IMG/VR virus record: IMGVR_UViG_3300028886_003642
Strand: one strand, 5' to 3'
DNA: 64,000 nucleotides
Source of the DNA: a virus
Taxonomy: Duplodnaviria > Heunggongvirae > Uroviricota > Caudoviricetes
A program made the position numbers and the translations under genes. Below are positions 17,401 to 25,725 of the stretch, piece by piece; within the stretch, counting starts at the first letter, position 1; the number at the start of each line of letters is the position of its first letter. The notes beneath the pieces were generated by a model. That model searched no databases, had not been told where the DNA came from, and saw nothing but the letters and a program-made list of their open reading frames with translations.

Positions 17401-18423
17401 TTAAGATATTCCACTACTTATGCGGGTTCCTTTAGGAGTCTCTAATGCTTCCCTAAAAGACATTCCATTATGTAATCTGCGTCTAACCGTATGCCTACCA
17501 ATGTTATATAATTTACACCAATAAGATATAGGTTTCTTGACACCATCAAGCTCAAACATCTCTATACCATTTCTCTTTTTTGTCTTACGAGGTACTATTT
17601 CTAATGCTTCATATATATTCCAACCATCCCTAAGTCTTCTTGCCACTAAATCATATCTCTTATCATATCTTTCAGCTAAATCCCATACTAAGTCAATCTT
17701 ACCATCAAATTCTACACGTAAAGAAGTTCTTCTATTAAGTATTTGTTCATGACATGTTGCCCAACGACAGTTTTCCTTACAATAATTACCATTATAATCT
17801 ATACGGTCTAATGATGTATCATTTTCTCCATATTCATCGACATGTTCTTGATACTCATCATACATAGCATCACGAAATGCTATAAATGAATTATTCCATT
17901 CTTCACATACTTTTATTCCTCTTCCACCATAATTATGATATTCACAATTACTTTCATTATTACATCTATTTTTCATGTCTTGCCAAATTCTATAAAATCT
18001 TGTCCTAGACATATTATGAGTTATTTCTGACTCTGATACATACTGAGATTTCTTACAGCCGCACGATTTTGATATGCCATCTCTCAATGCCTGTGTAGTC
18101 AATTTCTTTCTTGTACCACAAGAACAAACTATATTCCACCAAGATGCCCTTTTCTCATATCCTGCATATGATTCAACATACCACTCACCAAAAGTCTGCC
18201 CTGTTAAATCTATAAATAAAGCTTCATGTAGTCTTTCTTTTCTCAAACATCCACATGACTGAGAAAATCCTTTCCTTAAACTATAACCATTAACTCTCAA
18301 ATGCTTTTCTGGATCACAATCACATACACAATCCCAATACCCACCACCAAGATAACTAAGTGCAGTCAATCTTCCAAATTTTTGTCCTGTAATATCTATA
18401 ACACTTTTATGCAAAAATATCAC
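17401..18423 (-). CDS. Cys-rich HNH-like endonuclease-family protein with duplicated N-terminal Cys module and C-terminal DNA-binding-like region
   Basis: Two copies of GQxFG...C.C.C...SCGC module. RFYRIWQDMKNRC...YGGRGIKVCEEW...LDRIDYNGNYCKENCRWAT is near-identical in pattern to 5783..6433. Confidence 0.5.
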   Translation of the reverse strand: MIFLHKSVIDITGQKFGRLTALSYLGGGYWDCVCDCDPEKHLRVNGYSLRKGFSQSCGCLRKERLHEALFIDLTGQTFGEWYVESYAGYEKRASWWNIVCSCGTRKKLTTQALRDGISKSCGCKKSQYVSESEITHNMSRTRFYRIWQDMKNRCNNESNCEYHNYGGRGIKVCEEWNNSFIAFRDAMYDEYQEHVDEYGENDTSLDRIDYNGNYCKENCRWATCHEQILNRRTSLRVEFDGKIDLVWDLAERYDKRYDLVARRLRDGWNIYEALEIVPRKTKKRNGIEMFELDGVKKPISYWCKLYNIGRHTVRRRLHNGMSFREALETPKGTRISSGIS

Positions 18424-19106
18424 ACCTTATTTTTAATATATTCTAACAACTTATTTATATACTCAACCAAGCTACTTCTTAGAAAGAATAGTCCCGCGAC
18501 CATAGATGTCATAGAAGCCCATTTACCTAAATCTTCCAATGAACCTAATGGGTCTAGTTTACTTCTTTCCTTTACATACCAATGTATAGATGCTGTTAGC
18601 TGTTGACCTAGTGTATATGTTAGGTTACTTGCTTGTTGTTGTACTACATCATGTACTCCATTTTTTAGTGCTGTGTTTATTACATCTTTTTGCGCATCTA
18701 TATTTTTCTCTAATTCTTTATACCACTGTTTTGCCTCATCTATATTTTTTGGCTCTACAAATGCATAAGAATCTACAATAGCTTTTGTAGTATCTGCTAT
18801 TACTGTATTTACAGTTTCTTTTACTATCTCTTTTGGTTTTTCTTTATTTTCTGTTGATAACATTACTACTTCTTTACTTATTATTTGATCTATATCTATT
18901 ATTTTTAATACAAAAGATTGTGTAGTAAAATCTTTCTTAGTTATAGTTACTGGTAATACTCCTACTTCTATTCCACTTATTGAAGTATTTCCTAAATTAT
19001 CAGTTGTTCTTTCTATTAAACCTTTACCTTCTAAATTAAATACTACTGAAGCTTCTTTAACTGGTTCTCCTGTTAAATCTTTTGTTTGTATTTTAATTTG
19101 TGCCAT
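18420..19106 (-). CDS. hypothetical protein with C-terminal hydrophobic segment (228 aa)
   Basis: ORF that starts immediately after the IscB-end hairpin. Confidence 0.45.
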   Translation of the reverse strand: MAQIKIQTKDLTGEPVKEASVVFNLEGKGLIERTTDNLGNTSISGIEVGVLPVTITKKDFTTQSFVLKIIDIDQIISKEVVMLSTENKEKPKEIVKETVNTVIADTTKAIVDSYAFVEPKNIDEAKQWYKELEKNIDAQKDVINTALKNGVHDVVQQQASNLTYTLGQQLTASIHWYVKERSKLDPLGSLEDLGKWASMTSMVAGLFFLRSSLVEYINKLLEYIKNKV

Positions 19107-20645
19107 CTAAATTTGTGGCGTTCTCCATCCTCTATAAGATAAAGGAGAACGCCACTTTCACCTCACTTTCTAAATAAGAATTATTATGTTGTAAAAATTT
19201 AATCTTTGAAGGTACTTTTTCAACTTTATTTCCAAATAAATCTTTTAATACAAAAGACCCTCTTTGCCTTAATCCTCCAATAAACCATAACTTATCATTA
19301 TACTCTACTGTATCATGCAAACAAAACCCCCTTACAAAATGTCCTGCTTGTGCTCTTTTACGAACACCACCTTTTGTTAGCACTTCTCTATGTAGTTTAC
19401 GATTATGTCTTCTTACTTGCTTTCTAAGAAAATAATAATCAAGCCGTTCTGCTTTAAGATTATTTGATATACAGTAAGCATCTGTAGTATGAGACTTTTC
19501 TATATTATTTTCTATACGCTTTACTTTTGTAATATAACCATAAGTTAAACTTACATTAACATAAATTTCTTTTAACTTATTATAAAAAGCCCATCTCATT
19601 ATTCCCATAAAAGTAGCGTCTTTAAATGACATACCTCTTTTTATATTTTTAGGTAAATCTATTAAACCTTTATGGTATTTATTGTGGCAAGACTCACATA
19701 ATGTAATTAAATTGTTTGGAGCATTACCCCCAGTTTTACGAGACTCAATATGGTGGACATTTAACACCTTATCTTTAGATTTTCCCTTACAGCATTGGCA
19801 TTTATGATCATCTCTAAACAATACATATTCTCTCACATTACCAAAACCATACTGATCACCTTCTTGATATTCCTTTCCGCTTATATTAGGATTTTTAATC
19901 TTTTGAATATCAAAACTAGCAACTTCCACTATAATTTTAGTTATAGGTAATATTTTATGTATATCAGCAACTAATTTTAAGTGTACATGAATTTTATTTT
20001 CTATAGAAGGTGCAAGCCAACCTTTAGGTTTTTCCCTGTTTAAAAATCTTGCAGATCTATAACGTGTTTTTCTATTTCTACGAGAACGTCTTAACTCCTT
20101 TCTTGTAGATAATAAATTTACTATACTTTGCTTACCATCACCAGAGCGCATAATAGTCTCTGACGCATACAATTCTTTCTTTTCAGTAGTTGCTGAAGCT
20201 CCAATATGTACAGAACCTGCATCTATACCTAATGTTATTGGTTGTTTATACCCAGCACTACCATATTTTAATTTAATTGTAAATGGTGTATACTTATATA
20301 TTTCTGCTCTACCACTTTTAAGCAATTTTCTTGCTTTTTGTGGGTTACAAGGCATAAGTGGTTTACCATTTTTGTTTAGTACATAAACTAACAATGAGTT
20401 TACCTCCTATTCCTGAGTTACACGACCCTTCGCCAATGTTATAATAGCTTGCTTAAATGTTAAGCCGTCCCCAGGTTGACTGTTCCTACCCATCAGAACT
20501 GTTTACAGAGCCTGTTCAGAGCTACAAACTAGGATCTATATTCATAGGTGAAATAACTAAAATAACGTAGTCAATTAAGACTTAGGCTAGTCAACTAGTG
20601 CTTGGTTCCAAGCTTCCACCTCTATAGGTGGTGGGTTATTGACCC
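19107..20645 (-). mobile_element. IscB-type IS200/605-superfamily element (iscB plus upstream ωRNA), no tnpA
   Basis: iscB is flanked by a 12-bp perfect hairpin GTGGCGTTCTCC...GGAGAACGCCAC (19115-19155, spanning the stop codon) and by an upstream hairpin ccacctctataggtgg (20617-20636). Exact ends were not determined. Confidence 0.5.
19132..20394 (-). CDS. iscB: IscB (OMEGA RNA-guided nuclease; Cas9-ancestor with PLMP, split RuvC and HNH domains)
   Basis: PLMP motif NGKPLMPCNP. RuvC-I ITLGIDAGSVHIGAS. Arg-rich bridge helix RRSRRNRKTRYRSARF. HNH DHKCQCCKG...NVHHIESRKTGGNAPNNLITLCESCHNKYH. RuvC-III-like HTTDAYCI. TTG start 7 nt after RBS GGAGGT. Confidence 0.85.
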   Translation of the reverse strand: MLVYVLNKNGKPLMPCNPQKARKLLKSGRAEIYKYTPFTIKLKYGSAGYKQPITLGIDAGSVHIGASATTEKKELYASETIMRSGDGKQSIVNLLSTRKELRRSRRNRKTRYRSARFLNREKPKGWLAPSIENKIHVHLKLVADIHKILPITKIIVEVASFDIQKIKNPNISGKEYQEGDQYGFGNVREYVLFRDDHKCQCCKGKSKDKVLNVHHIESRKTGGNAPNNLITLCESCHNKYHKGLIDLPKNIKRGMSFKDATFMGIMRWAFYNKLKEIYVNVSLTYGYITKVKRIENNIEKSHTTDAYCISNNLKAERLDYYFLRKQVRRHNRKLHREVLTKGGVRKRAQAGHFVRGFCLHDTVEYNDKLWFIGGLRQRGSFVLKDLFGNKVEKVPSKIKFLQHNNSYLESEVKVAFSFIL

Positions 20646-20650
20646 ACAAT
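20395..20650 (-). ncRNA. candidate IscB ωRNA
   Basis: A 250-nt GC-enriched, stem-rich non-coding region lies immediately upstream of iscB: gggtcaataaccc, ccacctctataggtgg, gcttggaaccaagc, ctagttgactag. In IscB systems the ωRNA is encoded 5' of the ORF and overlaps the RBS. Confidence 0.45.
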
Positions 20651-20998
20651 TACCATCCTTTCTATTATTGTATTTGCATCTTCTATTTCTATATGAATTA
20701 TCTGACCAAAAATATCAAATTCATATTTTCCTTCTCTTAACCCTGTGATAGTTATTATACTTCCTTCACCTTTTTTATATACTTTTCCTATATCTTCTAT
20801 AATAAATCCAGCCTCCACATTTTGCAGAGGCTTTCCTTCTTTATTTATTACACAAAATTTTACTGTAGCTCTATACTCACTATCTAAAAAATTAATAAGT
20901 TTATTACTTAATTTTTCTAAGTATTCATCACTATGTTTATCCATGAACCTTAATAGATACGGTATTATTGAAGCTACTAAATTTGCTATGAATTGCAA
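20636..20998 (-). CDS. hypothetical protein (120 aa)
   Basis: ORF in track. Confidence 0.4.
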   Translation of the reverse strand: MQFIANLVASIIPYLLRFMDKHSDEYLEKLSNKLINFLDSEYRATVKFCVINKEGKPLQNVEAGFIIEDIGKVYKKGEGSIITITGLREGKYEFDIFGQIIHIEIEDANTIIERMVIVGQ

Positions 20999-21011
20999 CT
21001 AACTCACCTCT

Positions 21012-21350
21012 CTAATCCTCCTTCTTTAATTCGTGTGGAATTTGTAATACTTTATTATATACAGAAGTTACTACCCCATTTCCACCTAAATTATGATATG
21101 CTATATACATATTACTTATATTTTCTAGTTCTTCTATTTGTATTTTTCCTATTCTACTAAAATGATTATAGGCTTGTAATATCCTATCTCTTAATACTGC
21201 TCTTATACCATTTTTAATAGCTTCTGATTCTTCTCGTTCTTTTTCTTTTTCTTCTTCCCTTTTCTTTAATTTAATTCCTACATATCCTACTATTATGGTC
21301 ATCAGTCCTTGTAGTATTAAAGTTAAACTCATTTTATCACCTCCTGCCAA
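21012..21350 (-). CDS. hypothetical membrane protein (112 aa, one N-terminal TM then charged KREEEKEKEREE stretch)
   Basis: MSLTLILQGLMTIIVGYVGI TM helix. Overlaps the upstream gene by 14 nt. Confidence 0.4.
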   Translation of the reverse strand: MAGGDKMSLTLILQGLMTIIVGYVGIKLKKREEEKEKEREESEAIKNGIRAVLRDRILQAYNHFSRIGKIQIEELENISNMYIAYHNLGGNGVVTSVYNKVLQIPHELKKED

Positions 21351-23637
21351 AATGTACGCATATTAATCTTAAGTTGTCTACATAGATGGTTTCTAATGCT
21401 TTTTCTACAACATCCTCATTGTTAGTAGCATCACCATCTTCTACTATTCTTTCTGCTTCTTTATTGGCTGGTGTTATTGAATATGTTACTCCATCATAAT
21501 CTATATAAAACTCTCCACCTAAAAGGTTTACTGAAGTCTTACTTAGCCTACTATCAGTTATTACCTTTGGTAGTGGTCTATTTTTATCTAATAGTTCTAT
21601 ATCTACTTCTCTATCATTCTTTGTTAAGTAGTATTCCCCATACATATAATACTTACCATCTACTTCTTTTATTATTAATATCTCAAAATCTAAGTCTACT
21701 GGCTTTCTTATAGGCTCTACTATTGGTCTATACTCCTCATACACTTTAGGTTCAGGTTTAGGTATAGGTTCTACTTTATTAAAGTTTATTGTTATAGGTA
21801 CTGAATCTCCTACTTTTCCTTTTTCTTCATGCGAACCTGTATATGTTATGTTTATTGTTGAGCGAGGATTATTTATTTCTTGTATAAGTCCTCTTACTGT
21901 ATTTTTAGCATCATCTACATCTGCCCAACTGTTGCCACTATTATCGTGCCAACCTATTGCAACATATGGTTGGTCATAATTAGAATTATTATTAGGTTCA
22001 TTAAACACATAACCAAATATTCCATTTGGATCTTTAGACCAAGCTGAATATGTATGTGTTATACCTTCTCCTTCTCCTGTTGATGTAAAGAATACTACAT
22101 CTTTAGATATTCCTGTATACCACTTAAATACTCTATTGTCTTTAATGTTCTTGCCTACTATATCAGTTCTTCCACCAAGGAAATATTCATAACTTTTACC
22201 TTTTAGCATGGAAGTTACTCTCCAATTTTCTAGCGAATCAGTTATTGTAGCTAAATATTTATCACCAACTGCATCTCCACCTTCAGTTCCTTCCTTTGCG
22301 GAATTAACTGCATTTGCCCATATATTTAGTATAGACTCTCTATTATCAGTATTATTATATGCAAATGTTGTTAGTATATGTTTAGCTAATTGTGTATATT
22401 GATCATCAGTTAAATTATCAAAATCCGTAGCTTCAGTTAAACCACTTAGCTTTACATTCTCATTAAAATATGCCTTTACTGCTTCTTGTTCATCAGTTGG
22501 TAATGGTCTATTATGATAGCCTTTATATTCATCTAAGCATCTATCTCTAATAATAGCATATTCTTCACTAGTTAGATTTTCAAAGTCTTTATATACTATA
22601 TTTTTTAGATAGTTTTCATAATAAAACTTAGCTAGACTTTTCATTGCAGGCTCATCTTTTACATCGGCCCCATAAGTGCTACCATTTTCATATACATTGT
22701 AAGAGTTTGCTGAGTCTATATTTGAATAGAAGGTTATATTTTCTGTATCTATATCTAAAGTGCTATTGTCTACGGCTACATTTCCATAAAAGTTAATATC
22801 TTTTGCGCTTATATTACCTTTTCCACTAGGATAATTAAAATAAGTACCAGTAGTTGGTGCATAGAATGTTAAATCTTTATCAGTAGATATATTAGCACCT
22901 ACACTAACCATGCCTTTATAGTCTTTATCATAATCCGCACCAAAAATAAGATTTCCTGTAGAAGTTATAGGAGAATTTATATTAGTATCTACCTTAGATA
23001 TTAAATTAGTATCTCCAGTAGATATAAAAGTACCATTTTCTAAATTTATATTTTCTCCTACAACTATAAAATTATTAACTTTTGTATCGCCTGTTATTAA
23101 CGCATCATTACTAGATTTTAGATAAATCTCACCATCTTCACCTAATTCTACTTTATCAGCCTTTATTATACCATTCATATTTACTATATTACCGTGTTCA
23201 TCAGGCTCAAAAGAAATTAATGGGTCATTTGACATACTAAAATTAGTCATTATATCATCTGAAATATTTTTTGTAGATGCTATAAATGCTCCAGTATCTA
23301 TTTGGCAACCTTCGCCAAAAAGAATACCATTAGGATTAATTAGTATAACCGTACCATCAGATTGTATTCTGCCAAAAATAGAGGATAGGTCATTACCTAC
23401 CACTCTATTTAAGGCTATTCCACCATTCTGATTAAATCTTACTAATTCATTTCTATCTACATTAAAAGTATTCCAGTCAATAGCTACTCTATTAGTATTT
23501 TGTGTTATTACCATTGAGTTACCATCTCTAGCTATATCTGCGCTACCTGACCTAATATTTTCACCAGTAGGTAGCGCAAAAGCAGTATTAAATGTTGCTA
23601 GTGATGCTAGAGATATTGCTAAAGCTGAAAATTTCAA
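21337..23637 (-). CDS. secreted TPS-domain (filamentous hemagglutinin N-terminal, TpsA-like) protein, 766 aa
   Basis: Signal peptide MKFSALAISLASLATFNTAFA. Then ...VITQNTNRVAIDWNTFNVDRNELVRFNQ...ALNRVVGNDLSSIFGRIQSDGTVILINPNGILFG, matching the haemagglutination-activity/TPS domain (NPNGI motif). TTG start after RBS GGAGGTG. Confidence 0.6.
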   Translation of the reverse strand: MKFSALAISLASLATFNTAFALPTGENIRSGSADIARDGNSMVITQNTNRVAIDWNTFNVDRNELVRFNQNGGIALNRVVGNDLSSIFGRIQSDGTVILINPNGILFGEGCQIDTGAFIASTKNISDDIMTNFSMSNDPLISFEPDEHGNIVNMNGIIKADKVELGEDGEIYLKSSNDALITGDTKVNNFIVVGENINLENGTFISTGDTNLISKVDTNINSPITSTGNLIFGADYDKDYKGMVSVGANISTDKDLTFYAPTTGTYFNYPSGKGNISAKDINFYGNVAVDNSTLDIDTENITFYSNIDSANSYNVYENGSTYGADVKDEPAMKSLAKFYYENYLKNIVYKDFENLTSEEYAIIRDRCLDEYKGYHNRPLPTDEQEAVKAYFNENVKLSGLTEATDFDNLTDDQYTQLAKHILTTFAYNNTDNRESILNIWANAVNSAKEGTEGGDAVGDKYLATITDSLENWRVTSMLKGKSYEYFLGGRTDIVGKNIKDNRVFKWYTGISKDVVFFTSTGEGEGITHTYSAWSKDPNGIFGYVFNEPNNNSNYDQPYVAIGWHDNSGNSWADVDDAKNTVRGLIQEINNPRSTINITYTGSHEEKGKVGDSVPITINFNKVEPIPKPEPKVYEEYRPIVEPIRKPVDLDFEILIIKEVDGKYYMYGEYYLTKNDREVDIELLDKNRPLPKVITDSRLSKTSVNLLGGEFYIDYDGVTYSITPANKEAERIVEDGDATNNEDVVEKALETIYVDNLRLICVHFGRR

Positions 23638-23736
23638 GTTATATCACCTCCATACTACTGCTTGTAGTAACATTAAGAAGAATTGAATTTCCATTGCATT
23701 ATATTTCCTCCATACAACTTTTATTAAATACCAAAA

Positions 23737-25722
23737 CTAGACTCCATATGGACTTACTGGCGGATCAAAGTTGCTAGTCCACCTAGCTATCGAAGATATT
23801 CTAAACTCATCAATATAAGAATTCGTATAGTTATTATATTGACTTGAATCCATTCCAATAATAAAATCACTAAATGAAAGCGTTTGTTCTGATATACCAC
23901 TTTGACTTGATGACAATACACCATCAATATATATAGATATTACACCACCACTACCAACTATAGCTATATGGTGTGTACCATTTAGTATAGCTGAGGAACT
24001 TTGTATATCAATTAAAGATGTACCAGACACAGAAATAATAATATATCTAAATTTACTATTAAAACTATCATGCCTTACATAACAAAGCATATGCGGTCTT
24101 ATAGATTCATTAACTACACCAAACAATCCTTGATACCCATAATTATTATCAGTATAAACTAACCAAAAATCTACTGTAAATGCATGAGTATTTATAGAGA
24201 AAGAACTATCAGCTTTTATATACTTCTTAGCATTATTTGTATTATTAGCTTGCATAGCACTACCAAATTTCTTATATATACTACTATATGTTGGATCTAT
24301 ACCAACTGCTTGCCAAACTACTCGTGCTTTACCAACATCTTCTATATTATTATCAAAGTGCATCAATACAAGGGTATTTGCATCAATTACCTCACTACCA
24401 TTTCCATTATTAGCTTCATTAGTTACAGGATAATTTATAATATAATCACCATTTGTTAGTAATCTTACTGACATTGTAGTTTTATTTGGATAAGTCACAT
24501 TATAGTCAGTTCCATGTACAGACTGACTCCAACTACCATCAATATCTACTACTGCTGATATTTCTGATAATTCTGCTGATGCATTTTCACTTGTTCCTAT
24601 AAAACATTGCTTAAATGCTATACCATTTGATATATTTAATAATGCTAACATCTCTGGTGTTAATGCATTTATTTGTGCGATACTCATACCATCTTCTTCT
24701 ATATCAGTAGATGTTGCCCACTCCCCTTGTATAGCATCATATACCTTGTAAGTAGTTAAATCTGTAGTTATCGCAAATTTAACTGTGGTATCTGTTATTG
24801 TATTAGTTATATTTATTGATTGTACTGTAGATACTGCTCCTGTATTTATTAGTGATGTTGGTTCTATTGTCTGTGGTTTTGGCTGTCCTGTTACTTTTAC
24901 ATTTGTCGAAGAAGTATCATCTGTTAATACTCTAAATGGTGATATAGTTGCTAAATTTGATATTGCTGGCATATCATCACTAAATGATGGTACTAATGCT
25001 TCTTTCTGTGCATTTGTTAGTGTATTCCACGAATTAGATAATTGTGTTAATGATGCTCCTGTATATAATGAATTATTTGAAAGAAAAGCAAATTTAGATG
25101 GAAGTGTAACACCATTCCATGGTGGAGTAAAATTAGATGTCCACAACGCTCCATCTACAATAACAATGTCATCTAACTCACCGTTAAAATAAGTTACACT
25201 TTGCATACCGTCCCAGCCAATGCATAACTTATTACCAAAATCAACATTATCCAACCATGTTTGTGTTCCTGTTGCAACTCCATCAATATATATTGTTGCG
25301 GTTGTTCCTTGTTTAACTAAAGCAATGTGATGAACAACGCTTACACTATAAGCAGATGAAGATATACATTGAGTAGCGTAACCGTCATTCTTAAATGATG
25401 CGTATGGAATCCATGAACCAGCTCTACCAACAGCTAATCCAGGCCCATACGCCGCATATTTCACTAACGCTACTGGATATTGAGTTGGTTGCAATGCTTT
25501 AACAAATACAGATATAGTATAATCATCAGATGAAGAAAAATTATATGATTGAGATAAGTCTACCACTAAATAATTGCTTCCTGAAAATCTAATAGCTTTT
25601 CCGCTAACCTGAAAATCATTATCGTCAACTACACTAACTGAACCATTATTTGTTATCGTATTTCCTGCCAAATCTTCTATTCCATTTGATGTAGCTCTAA
25701 GTCTAATCAAAAATTCTGACAT
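23737..25722 (-). CDS. tail fibre-like protein with two LamG/concanavalin-A-like lectin domains
   Basis: Repeated LamG-like segments: ...VLMHFDNNIEDVGK...FTVDFWL...; ...FQVSGKAIRFSGSNYLVVD...TISVFVKA.... Located within the fibre gene array. Confidence 0.5.
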   Translation of the reverse strand: MSEFLIRLRATSNGIEDLAGNTITNNGSVSVVDDNDFQVSGKAIRFSGSNYLVVDLSQSYNFSSSDDYTISVFVKALQPTQYPVALVKYAAYGPGLAVGRAGSWIPYASFKNDGYATQCISSSAYSVSVVHHIALVKQGTTATIYIDGVATGTQTWLDNVDFGNKLCIGWDGMQSVTYFNGELDDIVIVDGALWTSNFTPPWNGVTLPSKFAFLSNNSLYTGASLTQLSNSWNTLTNAQKEALVPSFSDDMPAISNLATISPFRVLTDDTSSTNVKVTGQPKPQTIEPTSLINTGAVSTVQSINITNTITDTTVKFAITTDLTTYKVYDAIQGEWATSTDIEEDGMSIAQINALTPEMLALLNISNGIAFKQCFIGTSENASAELSEISAVVDIDGSWSQSVHGTDYNVTYPNKTTMSVRLLTNGDYIINYPVTNEANNGNGSEVIDANTLVLMHFDNNIEDVGKARVVWQAVGIDPTYSSIYKKFGSAMQANNTNNAKKYIKADSSFSINTHAFTVDFWLVYTDNNYGYQGLFGVVNESIRPHMLCYVRHDSFNSKFRYIIISVSGTSLIDIQSSSAILNGTHHIAIVGSGGVISIYIDGVLSSSQSGISEQTLSFSDFIIGMDSSQYNNYTNSYIDEFRISSIARWTSNFDPPVSPYGV

Positions 25723-25725
25723 ATG

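Noticed and set aside
23638-23736. Putative promoter upstream of the TPS-protein gene (TTGTAT...TATAAT)
   Set aside because: The spacer is only ~8 bp for the best hexamers and alternative -35 candidates are poor. Not convincing compared with the consensus promoters elsewhere.
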